From: Perkinsus chesapeaki ATCC PRA-425
Lineage: Eukaryota; Protista; Perkinsozoa
Direction: 5' to 3'
Assembly (NCBI GenBank): GCA_013115145.1
Contig: JAAPAO010000248.1
Coordinates: 1 to 47,302 of the forward strand
Length of the DNA stretch: 47,302 nt
Shown: one piece after another, positions 1 through 12,980 of the stretch
Layout of the letters: each line of letters starts with the position of its first letter
Position numbering within the stretch: position 1 is the stretch's first letter
Position numbers and translations under genes: made by a program
Notes under the pieces: model-generated
The model's input: only the letters and a program-made list of their open reading frames with translations
Told to the model about the DNA's origin: nothing
The model's database searches: none

Positions 1-1
1 G

Positions 2-1075
2 CCGATCTACCGCCACTTCTTTGACGTCTTGTCGAAGAGAACTGAGCAAGGCAGCAATTAAGCGGCCACTATCTAGAGCAACGCCATGAGATGAGAGGTC
101 AGCTACAGTTGTTTCAAAACGATCCAGAAACGATCCCGTAGATTCTGACTTCGTCTGCCGTATGGCGAGCAGGTCCTGCTCAGACTTCCAGGAGCCTGTA
201 TCTCCATCGACTCCGGCCGTAAGCATACCCAACTCATTCATCAATCGCTCGTACTCAACCTTCCACTTCTTCATCGGCGCAGTAGAAGGCGGTGCTGTTG
301 GCTTCAATCGCAGTTGAACGTTGTCGGCAAGGTTCCTGGTCAAAGCATAATACTTTAGTACATAATCATTATAACCACGAGAGTCGCATAGCGCAAGAAA
401 CTTCCGGCGCCAAGAGGGAAAACTTCGAGAATCAGTAAAACCAGAGTAAGGGGTACCATCAATAATCTTAACGGACTCTACCTCCTTTCGGGATTCTCGC
501 ACTGTCTTGGCGTCTGTTTCACCATCCAAATCAATAACATCATTATCAGTATCAGCACCATCATTACCAGCAGAGTCGACCATGACTGTATCTTCAGTCT
601 TAACACCTGCAATGCGGGCACCATAATCCAAAGTAGGGAATTCAAACTTCACAGGATCAACTGAAGGTCGATTTTTAACATCCTCGGCCTTCAATTTAGT
701 CATAAATTCAGTGTCTAGGCGTTTCTGTAAGGAGCCATGACCATGAAAGAAAGGAGAGTACCAATCAGAGAGCAGAGCCTTACGCGCTGGACTCGTCTCC
801 TTCCTCGTAGCTCCCGCACGGAAAGCCAAGATCTCCAAGAACACTGCCCGAAGCCGAACTTCTTCGGGACCCAGGACCAGGTCAAGAGCCATAGTAAAGG
901 CCTGGTCCGGCGACACGCCCTCGTCTCCTTCAGAGAGTGGACATATCGCATTAAACAACCGCTCCAACTCTACGTCCAAATCCAAGTCGTCTGCAGTAAA
1001 CCAATTTGAGATCACTTTGCTCCATGAGGTCCCGGTATCGGAGCCAATCTGTTGTGACCCCATGGAACTAGACAT
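2..1075 (-). mobile_element. Gag-like ORF of an LTR retrotransposon (5' part; runs off the window)
   Basis: Intron-free ORF from ATG at 1075 (MSSSMGSQQ...), open for 358 codons to the window edge, so absent from the ORF track. Contains FTDSRSFPSWRRKF and IRQTKSESTGSFLDRFETTVADL, the Q-x3-ES-x3-F-x2-RF signature of retrotransposon Gag capsid domains. Confidence 0.75.
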
Positions 1076-1288
1076 TTGGAAGATAAAGTTGAAACAATTT
1101 ATTTAGTTATAAGTAATCGTAACACTACTAGGTATCTAGCATAGCGTAACACAAGCTAAAGATACCGGAGGGAAAGATCACACAAAAGGAGACACAACAT
1201 AAGTTTTCAGTGGGGATGAGTTTCAGGTGCGGTTGGGTTTCAACTTTAACGCCGATATCTTATTCCGCTACTCTGCATCATTCATGTT

Positions 1289-1298
1289 CTCGCCGCCA
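1289..1298 (-). promoter_or_regulatory. Putative tRNA primer-binding site TGGCGGCGAG
   Basis: Minus strand reads ...AAGTTCA|TGGCGGCGAG: a CA end directly followed by TGG. Resembles the tRNA-Ser-type PBS (TGGCGACGAG) of Ty3/gypsy-like elements. Lies ~210 nt upstream of gag. Confidence 0.5.
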
Positions 1299-1553
1299 TG
1301 AACTTAACTCTCTCAAGACACTAATGCCCGCCGGCAGAGGGATGTATGCAGTCGTGTACGGACAGAAGTACCCCACTCCCAACACAAAGAGAAGGAGTTG
1401 ATGATCCTCATGAAACTGCTATTGTTGTTGATCTACATGAAATGAGATGCCGCACAGGGTGTAGTGCATGGCAGATGATGTGCTGTTGATCTATGGGATA
1501 GAAAAGTGGAGACGGAAACGGTTAGTTACAGCGGAAACTAGAGATAGTCAACA
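1299..1553 (-). repeat. Probable 5' LTR (~255 bp, TG...CA)
   Basis: Minus strand starts TGTTGA at 1553 and ends GTTCA at 1299, adjacent to the PBS. The second LTR is outside the window, so the 1553 boundary is a guess. Confidence 0.35.
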
Positions 1554-1560
1554 GCACAAC

Positions 1561-4149
<2,589 letters not shown>

Positions 4150-4243
4150 GGAGCTGTTGGACTTGGGAAAATCTACGTACAACGACAGTATTAAGAGCCT
4201 ACTGAAACCAAAGAAGAACATGTCAGAAATATCGCATAAGTTA

Positions 4244-6076
4244 CTAATCTGGAGCAGGCCTTTGATCACAATCAATAACAACCTTGGTACCAGTCTCAGG
4301 GCACTCGACAGGTACACCGAGCCTGAACTCCAATAGGTCCTGTAAAGCCTTCATCCTTTTATATTCTGAATGAACCAAAACAACCTTCTTAGACGGTCGT
4401 AAGCCAGCCACCAGTTGAGATACCCCGTAGGAGTCTGTATGGTACGTCATCGGCACATAATAAGGCTTGCACCGAATGGCCAGTTTTCGTCCATCACCAT
4501 AGTTCACAGTAGGGGACCATTTAGGCCGCTTTCGAGGAGGGTGCTGTGTCTCATCCACCTTCCGCCTCTTATCAGCTTGAGACGCTATACTGATGAGCTC
4601 GTTGCCGACGGTACCGTTTCTGCAGTACCCTGTCAGAACAAACTGCGCGTCGGGATTGCCATTCTCACGATTGAAGAACGACAGACTTGCACCACCCTCC
4701 ATCATCGCTGCGCCACAAAATACCACACTAATGCAGTTTGGAGGGAACACGAAGTTGTCGTCGATAAGCTCTACCCTTGCCGCAGTGCTGGCGGCAGCCA
4801 TGGCTCCCATAGGGCCAGTGTCACCCTCGGCTAGGCCTAGACTGAGACGTCTGTAGTACTCATTGCACATATATGTCACCGAGCTAGTAGTGAAAAAACG
4901 AAGGTCGGGTGTGGGAGGCAAGCTAGCACCACCACCGCTGAGTCTTCTAGATTTCGGTCCATTTGGACGACCGAAAGCGCTTCCTGCTGCTGCACCGGCG
5001 GCTTTGATAGGCAAAGAATCCAGCAGGTCCTTGTTGAGGATCTCCCGCTTGTAATACGACAGGAACATCTGAGCCATTTCTGACACTCTACTGGTGGCAA
5101 ACACAGGCATGATAGTGATCAACGGTGGCACGCCCTGAGGCATGCCCAGGTATTCCCTCAGGCGGCTTTTACCGCATATTGTATCGCACAGGCTAGCCTC
5201 CTTCAATCGGCTGCTCAAATGAACCGAGCTGCCAAAGGTAGCCTCGGAGATAACGGCATCAATGACCTTGCCAGTGAGAGGAAGCTGTCTAGTCATCAGA
5301 TTTGCAGGTGGCATGGTGAACTCAGCTTGGGTGCTGAAGTCGCCAGTGTAGAATAGTGTCATGCCACCGTACTCTATCATGAACATAAGGGCCCCTACAA
5401 CATGGCCAGCAGGGTATGCCGTAACCAAGGCGCCACAAGCCAACTTCTTCCGCTCACCAGGGGCCATCACCTTGGCTCTGGTAAAGCAGGCCTCGACATG
5501 GCAAGGGCAATACAAGGCTGGCTTCTGGTCTTTAACGTAGTCTTTAAGCATCATAGGTGCCGTCAGCTTTGTCATCAGCGACATGAATATCTCTGGCTGC
5601 CGTGCCTCGCTTTCCATTAGTATCTCTGTAAGATACGGAAGGGCTCCAGTATGATCCAAATGGAAATGTGTGACCAGGATGGCATCTATCGGTAGCATCC
5701 CCGTCTTCGACTTGGATGAAGGCTGCTGCCCACGCCAGAGGTGGTCCAGTTTAGGCACTTTGTGGTGGTGCTTGGCAATCGATTTCAACACGGTCGTCCT
5801 CAGAGCGTTTCTATCATTCATTTCATCATCGGTCTCCTCGGAACTCTCGTCACTCTGATCTGGTCCAGATTCGTCATGTAAGGGGTCGCCACAGCCCACA
5901 TTAGCTCCGCAGTCCAGCAGTATGCGTACAGGAGGCTTGGACGTGGACCGGCGCGGGGTGAAAGTGGCTAGCACACATGAACGGCCGACACATCTACCAG
6001 CACCAAGGACTTCAAGTTCAATGCGGCCACCAGCTGCTGCTGCTCGACTCGACGATGAAGCGCTGCTCATCATCAT
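4244..6076 (-). CDS. Metallo-beta-lactamase/beta-CASP RNA nuclease, INTS11/CPSF73-II-like (single exon, 610 aa)
   Basis: LGAGRCVGRSC, LLDCG, THFHLDHTGALPY, AGHVVGA, YTGDF, ISEATFG, PVFATSR, YHTD, VLVHSE. The N-terminal LGAGxxVGRSC is the INTS11/CPSF73 signature. Confidence 0.82.
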   Translation of the reverse strand: MMMSSASSSSRAAAAGGRIELEVLGAGRCVGRSCVLATFTPRRSTSKPPVRILLDCGANVGCGDPLHDESGPDQSDESSEETDDEMNDRNALRTTVLKSIAKHHHKVPKLDHLWRGQQPSSKSKTGMLPIDAILVTHFHLDHTGALPYLTEILMESEARQPEIFMSLMTKLTAPMMLKDYVKDQKPALYCPCHVEACFTRAKVMAPGERKKLACGALVTAYPAGHVVGALMFMIEYGGMTLFYTGDFSTQAEFTMPPANLMTRQLPLTGKVIDAVISEATFGSSVHLSSRLKEASLCDTICGKSRLREYLGMPQGVPPLITIMPVFATSRVSEMAQMFLSYYKREILNKDLLDSLPIKAAGAAAGSAFGRPNGPKSRRLSGGGASLPPTPDLRFFTTSSVTYMCNEYYRRLSLGLAEGDTGPMGAMAAASTAARVELIDDNFVFPPNCISVVFCGAAMMEGGASLSFFNRENGNPDAQFVLTGYCRNGTVGNELISIASQADKRRKVDETQHPPRKRPKWSPTVNYGDGRKLAIRCKPYYVPMTYHTDSYGVSQLVAGLRPSKKVVLVHSEYKRMKALQDLLEFRLGVPVECPETGTKVVIDCDQRPAPD

Positions 6077-6248
6077 CGGCCTCCCTGGCCATTAAAGGAA
6101 GGCCTATACAACGCATGTAGAGGGGGGAGCGGACAACGCAAGAAACAGGGGAGGCGGGCAAAAAGGAGCAAGTGTACGAATATGGCATGGAACAGAAAGG
6201 CAATTTTATATAGGGATAAATCGAATAATCATGCACTTATATGTTCAC

Positions 6249-8926
6249 CTAACGACTGGTGATGCCACGACTCGGCCGTCTAGTATCGGTGACAGCGTGG
6301 GGCTCCGACTCAGAGCCTGGTAGAGCACGCATGGCCTGACGAATGGAGTCTACGAGAAGACCCGCAGAGACGGTTTGAGTGTTGCGGTCGAGCCCAAACA
6401 TCAAAACAGAGATTGGAGACCCAAATGGCACACAGGGAGAGCTTTCGCTGAATGAACCTCTTCGGCTAGTCGCCGGTTCGATCCCCGCCAGCGGAATTTC
6501 TCCCGCTGAATAATCACTCTCGCAGTAACCATCAGACCAATAGCCATTGTCACCATCCTCTGTCTCAACAGACGTGCTTGCCTCTGCAACTGCCTCGACC
6601 TCAGGCCAATCCAAATCAGCCGCGTTGGTCACAGCCTCCTCGACATACCCACAACAAGGGCAAGGCGAGGAGCCGGCGGCCGAGGCCGAGGAGCTCGATA
6701 CCGGGGAGCTAGGCGTAGATGAGACCACCGAAGGATCAGCCCATACACCACGAAGGCTCGGTAAGGGATCCTTGAGACACTCAGACATCTCACGGCTTTC
6801 GTCGCAAAGCTTATCAGCTGCCTGTTGTAGCCAATCAGGATGACCGCGCCAATACGGATCCGACCACAACAGAGTGTTAGCAGTGGAGCCGCACAGGATG
6901 ATGCTGTACAGGGAGGGAGGGGAAGTGCTGCGGTGGTGGTCTACACCTGAGAGAAGCGACACTAGAGACACTGATCGACATGATGTTAGCTGCTGCCGAC
7001 CTTCAGCTAGGTCCTCTTCCTCACCACCACTCAACTCTCCTGGGAGATCGACCTTGTTGCCATACTGATCCTCAATCACCATCTGGAGCTCATCACCGCC
7101 CTCTATTCCCTGAAGATTGTGTCGAGGGGAAGCGGAGCTGAGGTGATAGGCTGTTCGGCTGTTGGCAGTAGTCGCAGCTCCACCAAAGAACGCATCATCG
7201 ATGACTAAAATGAAAGACTCCGAACTAGCAGCACCGATTGCGAGCTTACCTATGCCGCCGGAGACCTTCGTCCCGGAAGCGTCCGACAACGGCACCGGAG
7301 TCTGAGTCAAATCAGCCGAGCTCGCCCTTGAAACCGACCGGCTGCTGCCTTCTCGAGGCGTTCCCGTGGGCGACTGAGCAACGGGCGCGGCTGCTGCTGC
7401 TGCAGACCATTTCTTCTTCCAATAGGCCGACTTATGTACTTCACCTGACCCCAGCCATCACCATCAACATCGGCGGCCCTATCCACGGCAGTAGCTTACG
7501 CTCCCTGTGCAGTATTATCCTAAGTGTGCCTATACTAGAGCCTAAAGCACATATCTCCCCTACTGGGGAATTGGGAAGGTCTCTAGGCTCAGCTGTGAGC
7601 TAAATAACAACAGCAATGATATCATCTACCCGTCCAAATGAAGGAGGACCCTACCACATGGTGTTCAGGGGTGACCATTGTCACATCATCCTCACCAGAA
7701 CTGGGCTTGTAATGCCACAAGGATACTTGTAACTTCACAACCGGACTACCGCCACCGCCGGTGCTGCTCGTCGGAGCCCTCTCATGCTGCTCGCCTGTGG
7801 CAGCCTCTCCTGTCACCAAATGCCGATGTCGTGGGCAGTCCCTCTGCTGCATTTCAGGGCGGCGAGGTGTACTAGCCCCACTACGGGGCGTTGTCATGCC
7901 CGCCTCCTTGAAGTAGGTGAAGGCCGGAAGTATACGAGTAAGCGGATAAAGCGAACCTGCAGTAGGTTTCAACTGCTGCACGCCTAGTAACCAGCTCACG
8001 AAGAGCCACAGCCATCCGTCTCAATATGGTCTCATCCTTGCTCCTCAACGACTCAGGCCGGCGGTCATCGGGAGGCTCGTCATCTATTGGAGTGAAATGG
8101 AAGTACCTGTAGTAGTAAAATGGTATCTTCGCACTGTGTAGATTTTCCATCATGACCATCTCTCCATGATAGAGCTTCGCTGCCTCCTCTTTGATGGCGT
8201 GGCCGCCGCCTTCTTGGTATCATTTCCACCCGAGGGGTCTTCAACAACTCTCTTAACTTCTAATGTATAAGATATCTTATTCTTAAATAGTTGGTCCGAT
8301 GCATTTAGATATGATCTGCAACCAAACTTCTCGGGTACCTGCAGACACCCAAGTGGTCCTGGAATAACGACTAAGACCAAACAAAGAAAGCTTAAAGTTC
8401 AAATACGGCCAACGCCGCCGCCGTACATCGATTTGAACTAGAATGCATCTTCAGAGCTTGGCATCAGTCACTTTTCGAAAATGACTCACCAGCGGCAATT
8501 GAAAAATAGACTAAGATAGACCTATTCGACGCCCGCTGATCCCCATTTAGAAGCCCACACCGTTCCTCGGCTCCCCCCTAAGATGCTAGGGGAAGCCCTT
8601 CGATAACCTACTAATAAGGCAAACTTCCGACATGGCACTGGCTCGCCCATGAGGTCCCTTGTCCTCGACTGTGCTATTATCTCACACGCCTTCACAGTGA
8701 ATTCATGATACCTTAACAACACCAGCAACTACTACTAGGTACCTATCACCGATACCACTGTAACCTACGCGGCAAAGAGGTCCTCAGTAGTAAGTCTAGG
8801 CGGCCCACCGGCGGCAACACCGACGATGGCTTGCTGTCTGGCAGGCGCTCCCGGCGAGGGGCGTGGTGGGAACGTTGGGGACTTGCCTCCGCCGTGGTCC
8901 ATGGCCAAGGCTGACACAGACGTCAT
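6249..8926 (-). CDS. ATG13: Autophagy protein ATG13-like (N-terminal HORMA domain plus long Ser/Pro/acidic disordered tail)
   Basis: Hand-spliced: MTSVSALAMDHGG...FAAYHEFTVKACEIIAQSR...ISYTLEV...IMERW|YFHFTP...ILRRMAVALR|SLYPLTRILPAFTYFK (43-nt intron at 7957-7999). These match the Atg13 HORMA hallmarks F-x2-K-x3-I-I-x2-SR, ERW and RSLY-x-L-x-R-x-LPA. The last exon (~6249-7445) contains the 353-aa ORF. Confidence 0.78.
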
Positions 8927-9065
8927 AGGAAGGCGCTATATAACAGAACAATGACGAAGTTGTTGAAACATGTACTGATAAAAGGTCAGATGGTGGGAAT
9001 GTAAAAAATGTGTTATAAAGGGACAAGGCTTAAGGTGGCTTCCGAATCGGAATTTCGATATCCAC

Positions 9066-9699
9066 TCAACCGCCGCCGGTCTCCTCGATGATTATCTAAA
9101 ACACGTATCACCACCCATCAGTTAGCCACGAGCCCATCACTCACCTCCGTGTCACCATTACTATCAACAACTATAACCTCTCCGTTACCAGCAGTGCCTT
9201 CTAGTAGTACCCCTGGATCAGAGGCAGTCTCATCGTTGGACATCTAAGGTTAGCAATACCAAAACACATCGTGAGCTATACCTCTACCACTGCCCCACGG
9301 CTATCTAAAACCACGACCTCCTGCCTCTCTCCAGCAGCAGCACTGGTATGCCGCCGCCGCCGCTCATCCGCATCAACAACAACAACATCTGGGCTACCGA
9401 GAGTTGTGACGCGTGGTCGGTGGTCCTCTGTTATTATAACTTTGTCTACCACCGAGCTAGGCTCCTCAGTTACTCTTTTTAGCACCTACTAGCCAGTCCT
9501 TCAACACTAGCTAGTAGATGGCCTGTACTTACCTCAACGTCACCAAAGTCATCTTCAACAATTATGTCATCCACCACTGTTCGTGGCTCAGCCTCGACGA
9601 CCTCCTCTATGATCTAAAGATGGGACTGTCTAGGCAAAGGGAAGGGTTAAAGTAGCAGTATACCTCCACAGAGTCACCATTACCCAGTATAATGGTCAT
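9066..9699 (-). CDS. Small acidic Val/Ile/Glu/Asp-rich low-complexity protein B (~149 aa, 5 exons)
   Basis: MTIILGNGDSVE|IIEEVVEAEPRTVVDDIIVEDDFGDVE|VLKRVTEEPSS...RGAVVE|MSNDETASD...NGDTE|IIIEETGGG*. All four introns are GT-AG, phase 0, and each follows a GAG codon. Confidence 0.72.
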
Positions 9700-9762
9700 T
9701 ATAGCAGCAAGTGTATAAATCGAAAACTAATAACAAAATCCCATAAGACTACCACTAAATAG

Positions 9763-9825
9763 TAATACACTATATCCATTAGACTACTACTATAATAATA
9801 ATACACTATATCCATTAGACTACCA
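9763..9825. repeat. Short direct duplication (TAATACACTATATCCATTAGACTAC x2)
   Basis: Two near-adjacent identical ~25-nt copies in the AT-rich spacer between the two acidic genes. Confidence 0.7.
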
Positions 9826-9975
9826 CCACTACCAACTTTAATAACAGTACCGTCGAATGCATTATAACTCAAGATAGACCCAATTAAGGTCTCAATAGAA
9901 ACGGTGTTGTTATAATGAAAGCAGGATCAAATACAAAATGATTCTAAACACACTTGTACGCACACACTAGGTTTA

Positions 9976-10529
9976 TCACTCAATGATGGTAGTCTCTTCA
10001 ATAACCACATCATCATCGCCAGGGACAACTCCCTCGACAACCTGAAAACAACTGTCAACTGTCTAACAGACGGCAATCTGTGGGAGGAGCGGTAATGCGA
10101 GATGTTTTGTACGATCTTATCATTTTATACGTCCAATGAGTTCTGCTCGTCGATTGACTAATGCATACCATCTGAGACTAGCGGATAAGTACCTGTGAGG
10201 ATGGTCCATAACCATCATCAATAACAACAGTTTCATCCTCAACAGTAGTTGTCTCCGGCACACTATTAACAATTTCAACCACCTGAAAGCATGCATCTCT
10301 ATGTCACTTCTCTATCCCCGTCACCTACCTGTCCTGGCATACCATCATCAATTACAGTAGTGTCTTCTATAATAACATCATCCGGGCTATAGGTCTCATC
10401 AGTAACGGTAGTTTCCTCAACTACCTCCGGATCTTCATCCACTACCACCTGCCAAAGCCATTACCCCACCTCAGACCGTATCTGGAAGCTCACCTGTGTT
10501 TGGTAGGGTTGTTGGATATAATACGACAT
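9976..10529 (-). CDS. Small hyper-acidic Val/Glu/Asp/Thr-rich protein A (~103 aa, 4 exons)
   Basis: MSYYIQQPYQTQ|VVVDEDPEVVEETTVTDETYSPDDVIIEDTTVIDDGMPGQ|VVEIVNSVPETTTVEDETVVIDDGYGPSSQ|VVEGVVPGDDDVVIEETTIIE*. Three phase-0 GT-AG introns, each at Q|VV. Missed by the ORF track because the exons are short. Confidence 0.78.
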
Positions 10530-10726
10530 TTCTTATTAACGATTAAAAACGATGTGTAATACTGTATTATGAGAACTAGCCAGTGGGAGACAGCCGTTGC
10601 ACAAACAACGCCGGTTTCCATTGATTCGCCACAACAGATGTAGTTTGAGAAACAGTAGCTTTACAAAATGCACAAAGATATAGCCAATCGTTATATTAGT
10701 ATTTTCTGACACCTCTAGCCATACAC

Positions 10727-12030
10727 TCAAGGCCTATAGATGTTATGAGCATACTGCGCACCTGCTGGTCCCCCTTGATAAGGCTGGTACTGCTGCTGTT
10801 GCTGCTGCTGCCCATACACCGGTTGAGCATACACCGGTTGCCCGCCGTATTGGGGATTGCCATACTGCGGCGTAGCTTGGACTGGTTGGGCATACACCGT
10901 CTGAGGTTGGTAGGGTTGAGCATATCCTTGAACAGGTTGAGCATATCCTTGCGGCACCGCTTGGGCATACACTGGTTGAGCAGCCGGATAACCCTGTTGA
11001 GGCCCTGGTGGCGGAGCTCCATATACAGGTTGGGCATAGACAGGCTGTGCCATAGAGGCGTATTGGGAGGGCTGTGGCTGACCATAAGCTTGCTGGGGCT
11101 GTTGTTGACCGTAAACTGGCTGTTGTTGACCGTAAACTGGCTGTTGTTGACCGTAAACTGGCTGTTGTTGACCACAAGCTGGTTGTTGTTGACCGTAAAC
11201 TGGCTGTTGTTGACCATAAGCTGGTTGTTGTTGGGTATAAGAAGGCTGGTAACTTTGTGTCATTGGCGGCTGACCTTGTATAACCTGTCCACGCATCGGC
11301 TGTTGCCCCATCACACCTTGTTGCTGATACATAGGAGTTACCGATTGTAATAGAGGTGGCGCAGACGGTGCATACGCTTGCTGCTGCTGTTGCTGCTGAT
11401 CGCTGGCAAAGCCCTGAGGTGGTGCTGGCCGGTTAGGTGCTGCCATACCCTCCTGCCCATCGCTAACAGGTGGTGGGGGCGCAGATGCAACAGCAGCAGT
11501 CGCCTGCCCCGACACGGCGGGGTCAGCGGATCCCTGACAACTAGGCTGTACTTGGACCCCCGGCGAACTGGCCACTGTATGTGGGGGGTTCATCGGGGCT
11601 GGTGCTACTGATTGGCCTTGGACCTGCTGCTGGGAAGCCACCAATGGCGCTGCGGCTGCAGACCCCGAAACCGCCGTCACCTCGGCAAGAGGTTGCTGGT
11701 GTTGCTGGGAAGCCGTACTCCCTGCAGTGGTCGATGGGCCACCAGTCGTGACCACTACAAACGGCGGTGAAGTGCCCTGAGGGGGATTCGAGCCCGCGTT
11801 CATCGAGTTGACTTGTTCGGTGGCTGCTGCTGGTGCAGAAGGGGCTGACGTGACCGTCACTAAAGGTGCTGATGTATCGGAGGAAGTAGGTCGGGCGGAT
11901 ACCTTGACGACCGGTAACCATCAGCATGACCTGCCCATACTACTACCTGTGGTTGATATACATACGAGGGAGGGGCCTGTGGGGGAGGGACACTTCCTAA
12001 GGGATAACTAGACTGATTAGTCTGTTCCAT
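10727..12030 (-). CDS. Gln/Pro/Tyr/Ala-rich repeat protein (2 exons, ~420 aa)
   Basis: MEQTNQSSYPLGSVPPPQAPPSYVYQPQ, then a 44-nt intron, then VSARPTSSD..., which joins the 377-aa ORF. Contains YGQQQP(V/A) heptads and QPVYAQ repeats. Confidence 0.75.
11099..11235 (-). repeat. Coding minisatellite, 21-nt unit, ~7 copies
   Basis: Tandem units such as CTGTTGTTGACCGTAAACTGG on the + strand. They encode GQQQPVY on the - strand. Confidence 0.9.
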
Positions 12031-12696
12031 AATAAAACAACTAAACATGGTAAGTAGATGAAGCCCCATGAAGCCAAGCCCACGAAGAAGCTCTCAATAC
12101 AACCAACTGATGAGATGAAAGAACGCCAATCTCAAAGGCACCCTACTGAGCAATATGGCATATAATAGCTGACCCAACAAGACCAATTAGCGCCTAGGTG
12201 GCTCCTGTTATACCAAGCTTGATACGAACCGATATTGCCGAAAAGTCCAGTAGGATATTACATCACTTCAAAGCTCCAGCATTATTATTAAACGGTTTGA
12301 TGAATGATGATAAATATAAGCAAGAAATGCTAAGATCATAAATTAAACGATCGACTTTAACATTTCATAATCGAAAACCAATTAACACAATACCGACTGA
12401 TAATGTATATTTTGCACCCACTGAAAGCGATTATCGATAAGAATGCGAAGGAGGAGTTATATAGGAGGTGAAGTGCTCCGGCCTAGGCCTGCAATTATTG
12501 CTGTTCCCTTCGGGCCCGATAAGAGCCAGGATACCTCCTACGCACAAGTCCGCCGAAGACTGCCGTCTCCTCCAAGAGCATCACTAATTCTACCAGCATA
12601 TCTTCCCTTTGATGATGAATAACAGGCAAAAGCAGTAACCCACTAATAGGGAGGAGAGTAAGGTAAGAAGATTCCCGAAACGCGCGTTCATTTCTT

Positions 12697-12715
12697 AATT
12701 TTGTGGCGCAGTGAC
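12697..12715 (+). promoter_or_regulatory. Intergenic motif AATTTYGTGGCGCAGTGAC, copy 1 (copy 2 at 40895-40913)
   Basis: 18 of 19 nt are identical between two spacers, each ~270-280 nt from an ATG. Confidence 0.3.
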
Positions 12716-12980
12716 GCTGAAGTTGTGGCAGTCAGCGTACGGTACTGCTGCGCTGATGTAGACCCGTTTGTCATAGAAGTGGTTCTAGAACCTGTTTTCA
12801 CTTCCAAAACTACTACAGTAGTCTATTAAGCGACCCGGGTAAGTCATTCGCAAAATTTAAAGCCGATGAAAACGTCTAAACGCCAAAACAAGTATCAGTC
12901 TTGGTCGACGTAAGCCAAAGAAGGCCTTTAGATCCTTTTAAGTTGCCCATGGTAGCATTGTTGTCATCCATGCTTCGACT

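Noticed and set aside
6444-6496. tRNA-like fragment (GGTTCGATCCC T-loop with a possible 7-bp acceptor stem)
   Set aside because: Only ~52 nt, with no room for D and anticodon arms and a mismatched T stem. It lies antisense within the ATG13 coding exon (EIPLAGIEPATS).
10696-11927. Overlapping ORFs (VNNSQFT, STTASLR, LLLTVNW repeats)
   Set aside because: These are other frames of the 21-nt minisatellite. The Q/P/Y frame has a spliced start and coherent composition.
12480-12530. SRP RNA helix-8-like hairpin on the minus strand (GGGCCCGAAGGGAACAGC)
   Set aside because: It lacks the conserved CAGG/AGCAG internal loop and no Alu domain was found. It also reads as a normal GT-AG intron.
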